From: Sulfurimonas sp.
GTDB taxonomy: Bacteria > Campylobacterota > Campylobacteria > Campylobacterales > Sulfurimonadaceae
Direction of reading: 5' to 3'
NCBI GenBank assembly: GCA_027448805.1
Contig: DAIDMU010000121.1
Span: 7,736-71,735 of the forward strand
Length of the DNA stretch: 64,000 nucleotides
Below the pieces are notes generated by a model. That model was not told the origin of the DNA. It worked only from the letters and a program-made list of their open reading frames with translations, and made no database searches. The position numbers and the translations under genes were made by a program. Within the stretch, counting starts at the first letter, position 1. Every line of letters starts with the position of its first letter. This document shows, one piece after another, positions 61,389-64,000 of this stretch.

Positions 61389-61405
61389 AGCAATTATCGT
61401 GCCAA
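61389..61405 (-). promoter_or_regulatory. sigma54 promoter of the pilP-secretin operon
   Basis: TTGGCAC-GATAA-TTGCT, a perfect -24/-12 consensus. Confidence 0.85.
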
Positions 61406-61430
61406 ATGAGGTTTGCGCGTTGATGTTTGG

Positions 61431-62900
61431 TTATAAAAAAGAGATATTTATGCTACTGTTTTTTATTGTTTCTAGTTTTTCTATATTTTCTTTTGCTAAA
61501 TATAGACTATTTTTAGATTCAATTTTTAGTTCGCCATTTTCAAAACTGAGAGTAAAGTCAATATTTCTTGGCTGGTGGCTAAGAAGAGCAACACTTAATG
61601 AGAGAAGGTAGCTAAGAGCGTTTAGCTGATTTGTGTCAGGAAGCAGAGATTTGAAATTGTCTATATGCGATGATGAGGGAAGTTTTCTTTTTGAGTATCT
61701 TGCTAGAGTTGCAATAAGAACTATCTCTTTGTGCGTAAAACCAAACTCCAAAGCATCCTCTATAAGCTCGTAGCTGTGCTTGTTGTAGGAGTAGTAGTGA
61801 ATAGTGCTTCCGCTCATGCAGAGTTTTGCGGCGATTGCCAACTCATAACGATACTTTTCGTCTATTTTAAGCTCTTTGTGCGTCAGGTCAAACAGCTCTT
61901 TCGCAACTCTGTTTAGTTGATTTGAGTGGGCTTGATTATCAACATGAGAATCCAAGATATATCTTACCGAAGTGTTGTAGTTAGCTGGAAATTTATCTTT
62001 TGATGTTCTAAGCAAATCAGCCAGAAAAGCTCCCTCTCTGACTCCAACCCCGCTTGTTATCAGCTCTTTTATTTTAAATTTTTTAAAAACTCTAAGAAGT
62101 ATCAGTGCACCAGGTTTTATAACATCAAATCTGCTGTTTTTTATGCCGAGTTTTTTTAGATTGTCTTCGTCTGAATCTATAATTTTACTAAGGAGAGTAT
62201 GAAAATCTTCATAGTTTGGCTCGTAAGCATGAAGCTTTTCAAGAGGATAGCCGCTGTTGCTCAGTATGGCATAAGATATTGCCCTGAAAGTTCCGCCTAT
62301 TCCTATTATCGTAGAAACGTCAATGCCGTCTAGCTTGGATAGCTGCAAGTCAATATATTTTTTGGCGCCCTCAATATCATTAAAATCAAAAAAAAGCTCT
62401 TTTAACCTTACCGTCCCAAGATTAAGAGAGATATTTGCATTTATATCTTTTTTATTAATTAGCGAAAATTCAGTGGAACCCCCGCCAATATCTATGCTAA
62501 GGGCATTTTCTTGTTCAGGCAATAGATTTGCACATGCGATTGCTCCGAGATAAGCCTCTTTTTGACCGTCAATAACCTTTATGCTCAGCCCAAGGGAGTT
62601 TTTTACGCGATTGATAAATTCTTTTTGATTTGGGGCATCTCTAAGCGCTGATGTGGCAACGCAGAGTGTTTTTCTTGCTTTGAAAGATGAGATAATAGTT
62701 AAAAAATCTTCAAGAGCTTCATAAGCTCTCTGCATTGGGATTTGTTGCAGATTGCCATTATTTTGGTAAGCATTTTGAGAAATTCTCACTCTGCTTTTTG
62801 CTTCATGAAGTATGTGAAATGCAAATCGGGAAGTTTTCTCATAGATTACCATTCTAACCGAGTTAGAACCTATGTCTATGACTGCTACCCGTTTTGCCAA
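61431..62900 (-). CDS. ppx: Ppx/GppA exopolyphosphatase
   Basis: DIGSNS, ATSALRDA, DIGGGSTE, GVREG. Confidence 0.93.
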   Translation of the reverse strand: MAKRVAVIDIGSNSVRMVIYEKTSRFAFHILHEAKSRVRISQNAYQNNGNLQQIPMQRAYEALEDFLTIISSFKARKTLCVATSALRDAPNQKEFINRVKNSLGLSIKVIDGQKEAYLGAIACANLLPEQENALSIDIGGGSTEFSLINKKDINANISLNLGTVRLKELFFDFNDIEGAKKYIDLQLSKLDGIDVSTIIGIGGTFRAISYAILSNSGYPLEKLHAYEPNYEDFHTLLSKIIDSDEDNLKKLGIKNSRFDVIKPGALILLRVFKKFKIKELITSGVGVREGAFLADLLRTSKDKFPANYNTSVRYILDSHVDNQAHSNQLNRVAKELFDLTHKELKIDEKYRYELAIAAKLCMSGSTIHYYSYNKHSYELIEDALEFGFTHKEIVLIATLARYSKRKLPSSSHIDNFKSLLPDTNQLNALSYLLSLSVALLSHQPRNIDFTLSFENGELKIESKNSLYLAKENIEKLETIKNSSINISFL

Positions 62901-62904
62901 ACCT

Positions 62905-63156
62905 CTACTCTTCTGCTAGAATATTTTTATATTTAAACTGAAGCTCTGCAATAGACTCTACGTTATCTTTATCTGGAACAATACAATCAACAGGGCAGAC
63001 AGATATACATGCCGGCTCATCGTATACTCCAACACACTCAGTACAACGATCCGGATCAATGAAGTAGATTGGGTCGCCCTCTTCAATAGCTATAGTAGGA
63101 CACTCTTCACGGCACGCATCGCATGCAATACACTCATCATTTATTATCAAAGCCAT
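62905..63156 (-). CDS. YfhL-family 2[4Fe-4S] ferredoxin
   Basis: CIACDACREECP, CTECVG...CISVCPVDC. Confidence 0.93.
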   Translation of the reverse strand: MALIINDECIACDACREECPTIAIEEGDPIYFIDPDRCTECVGVYDEPACISVCPVDCIVPDKDNVESIAELQFKYKNILAEE

Positions 63157-63269
63157 TAAAATACCTCGTAGTTATAGTCCAATTTAAATATATTAAAAAT
63201 ATATTTTTTATGTGCTCGATTTATAGCGAAAAGAAGTTAAATCTATACTTAAGCAGCAAGCTCTCATAT

Positions 63270-63674
63270 TTACTCACTGGTGGTGACTCGCCACTCGCCA
63301 TCTACTCTAATTAAATTGATGTTAGTGGTATTTTCAATTAAACCATTTTTAACAATCACTTCTACCAATGCGCTCTCTTTATCCTCTTTAATGAGTTTTA
63401 TTTTCTTAACGTCCAATTTGGAATACATTTCAACCATGCAATCCTGCACCAACTTAAGATCATCTGTATAGCTTTTTTTATCAACACTACAATCTCTAAG
63501 TGCTCTGGCAGCAAATGCCCCAGACATTTGATCTGTGGTGCTGTTTAGCAATTTTGATAAGTCACCCTTTTTAAGTGAATCATACATATTTTCAACAGTT
63601 TTTTCAGGAGTGCTGCTGCACCCAATAAATAAAAGTGTTAAAAATGGCAATAAAATTGCTTTAAAGACAGTCAT
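63270..63674 (-). CDS. DUF4878-like lipoprotein
   Basis: Lipobox FIGC, TPEKTV, LIRVDGEWRV. Confidence 0.7.
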   Translation of the reverse strand: MTVFKAILLPFLTLLFIGCSSTPEKTVENMYDSLKKGDLSKLLNSTTDQMSGAFAARALRDCSVDKKSYTDDLKLVQDCMVEMYSKLDVKKIKLIKEDKESALVEVIVKNGLIENTTNINLIRVDGEWRVTTSE

Positions 63675-63745
63675 CTTCTTCCTTCGGGACCCAATTTTAT
63701 AATCATATCTGAAAAACTATAGCAGCAATAAGTATTCCATAAGAA

Positions 63746-64000
63746 TTAGCTGGCAGGAAGAATGCATGAAAGTTTTGAGTTTAGATTTAAGCTGGCAACT
63801 GTTCCAATAACACCATCCGTTCTATTTTTTATGCTTATTTTTGCACCCAGTGCGTCGGCCGCACTTTTAGCTAAAAAAAGTCCTAGCCCAACACCGGGCT
63901 TATTTCCCTCTCTCTTAAACGGCGCAAACAGATCAGAACTCTCATCTATTCCGCACCCCTCATCTATAACTTCTATAAGCAGCCCATAGTTGTTTAGCGA
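63746..64000 (-). CDS. 3' end of a sensor histidine kinase (HATPase domain), truncated by window edge
   Basis: Minus-strand frame IEVIDEGCGID..LFAPF..GVGLGLFLAK ending at TAA 63746. Confidence 0.85.
   Translation of the reverse strand, partial: SLNNYGLLIEVIDEGCGIDESSDLFAPFKREGNKPGVGLGLFLAKSAADALGAKISIKNRTDGVIGTVASLNLNSKLSCILPAS

Noticed and set aside
63762-63989. 75-aa + strand ORF
   Set aside because: Antisense shadow of the minus-strand HATPase domain.

Overview
Chromosomal window from a Campylobacterota sulfur oxidiser, most likely Sulfurimonas or a close relative. This is inferred from the gyrA-flgP-flgQ-flgR-asd synteny, an SqrD-type SQR and low GC. It holds core genes (pyrC, phosphomannomutase, biotin carboxylase, amtB-glnB-amt, gyrA, asd, hemE, pepN, tyrA, bamA, ppx), three tRNAs (Asn, Glu, Lys) and several c-di-GMP and two-component genes. 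Two Bat (vWA/TPR) gene sets flank a seven-gene secreted-protein/lipoprotein block and one MoxR. Highlights: (1) a type IV pilus/T2SS-like cluster whose promoters mirror the flagellar hierarchy, with sigma54 for the secretin operon, sigma28 for the major pilin and sigma70 for the ATPase operon; the major pilin leader carries a 1-nt frameshift; (2) a Cyc2-like fused monoheme cytochrome-porin; (3) an identical 17-bp palindrome upstream of both ammonium transporters; (4) a dispersed structured repeat with a compensatory base change; (5) a 55-aa gene behind sqr missed by the ORF track, followed by an apparently catalytically dead, membrane-anchored deformylase homologue. All calls come from reading motifs by eye; no searches were run.
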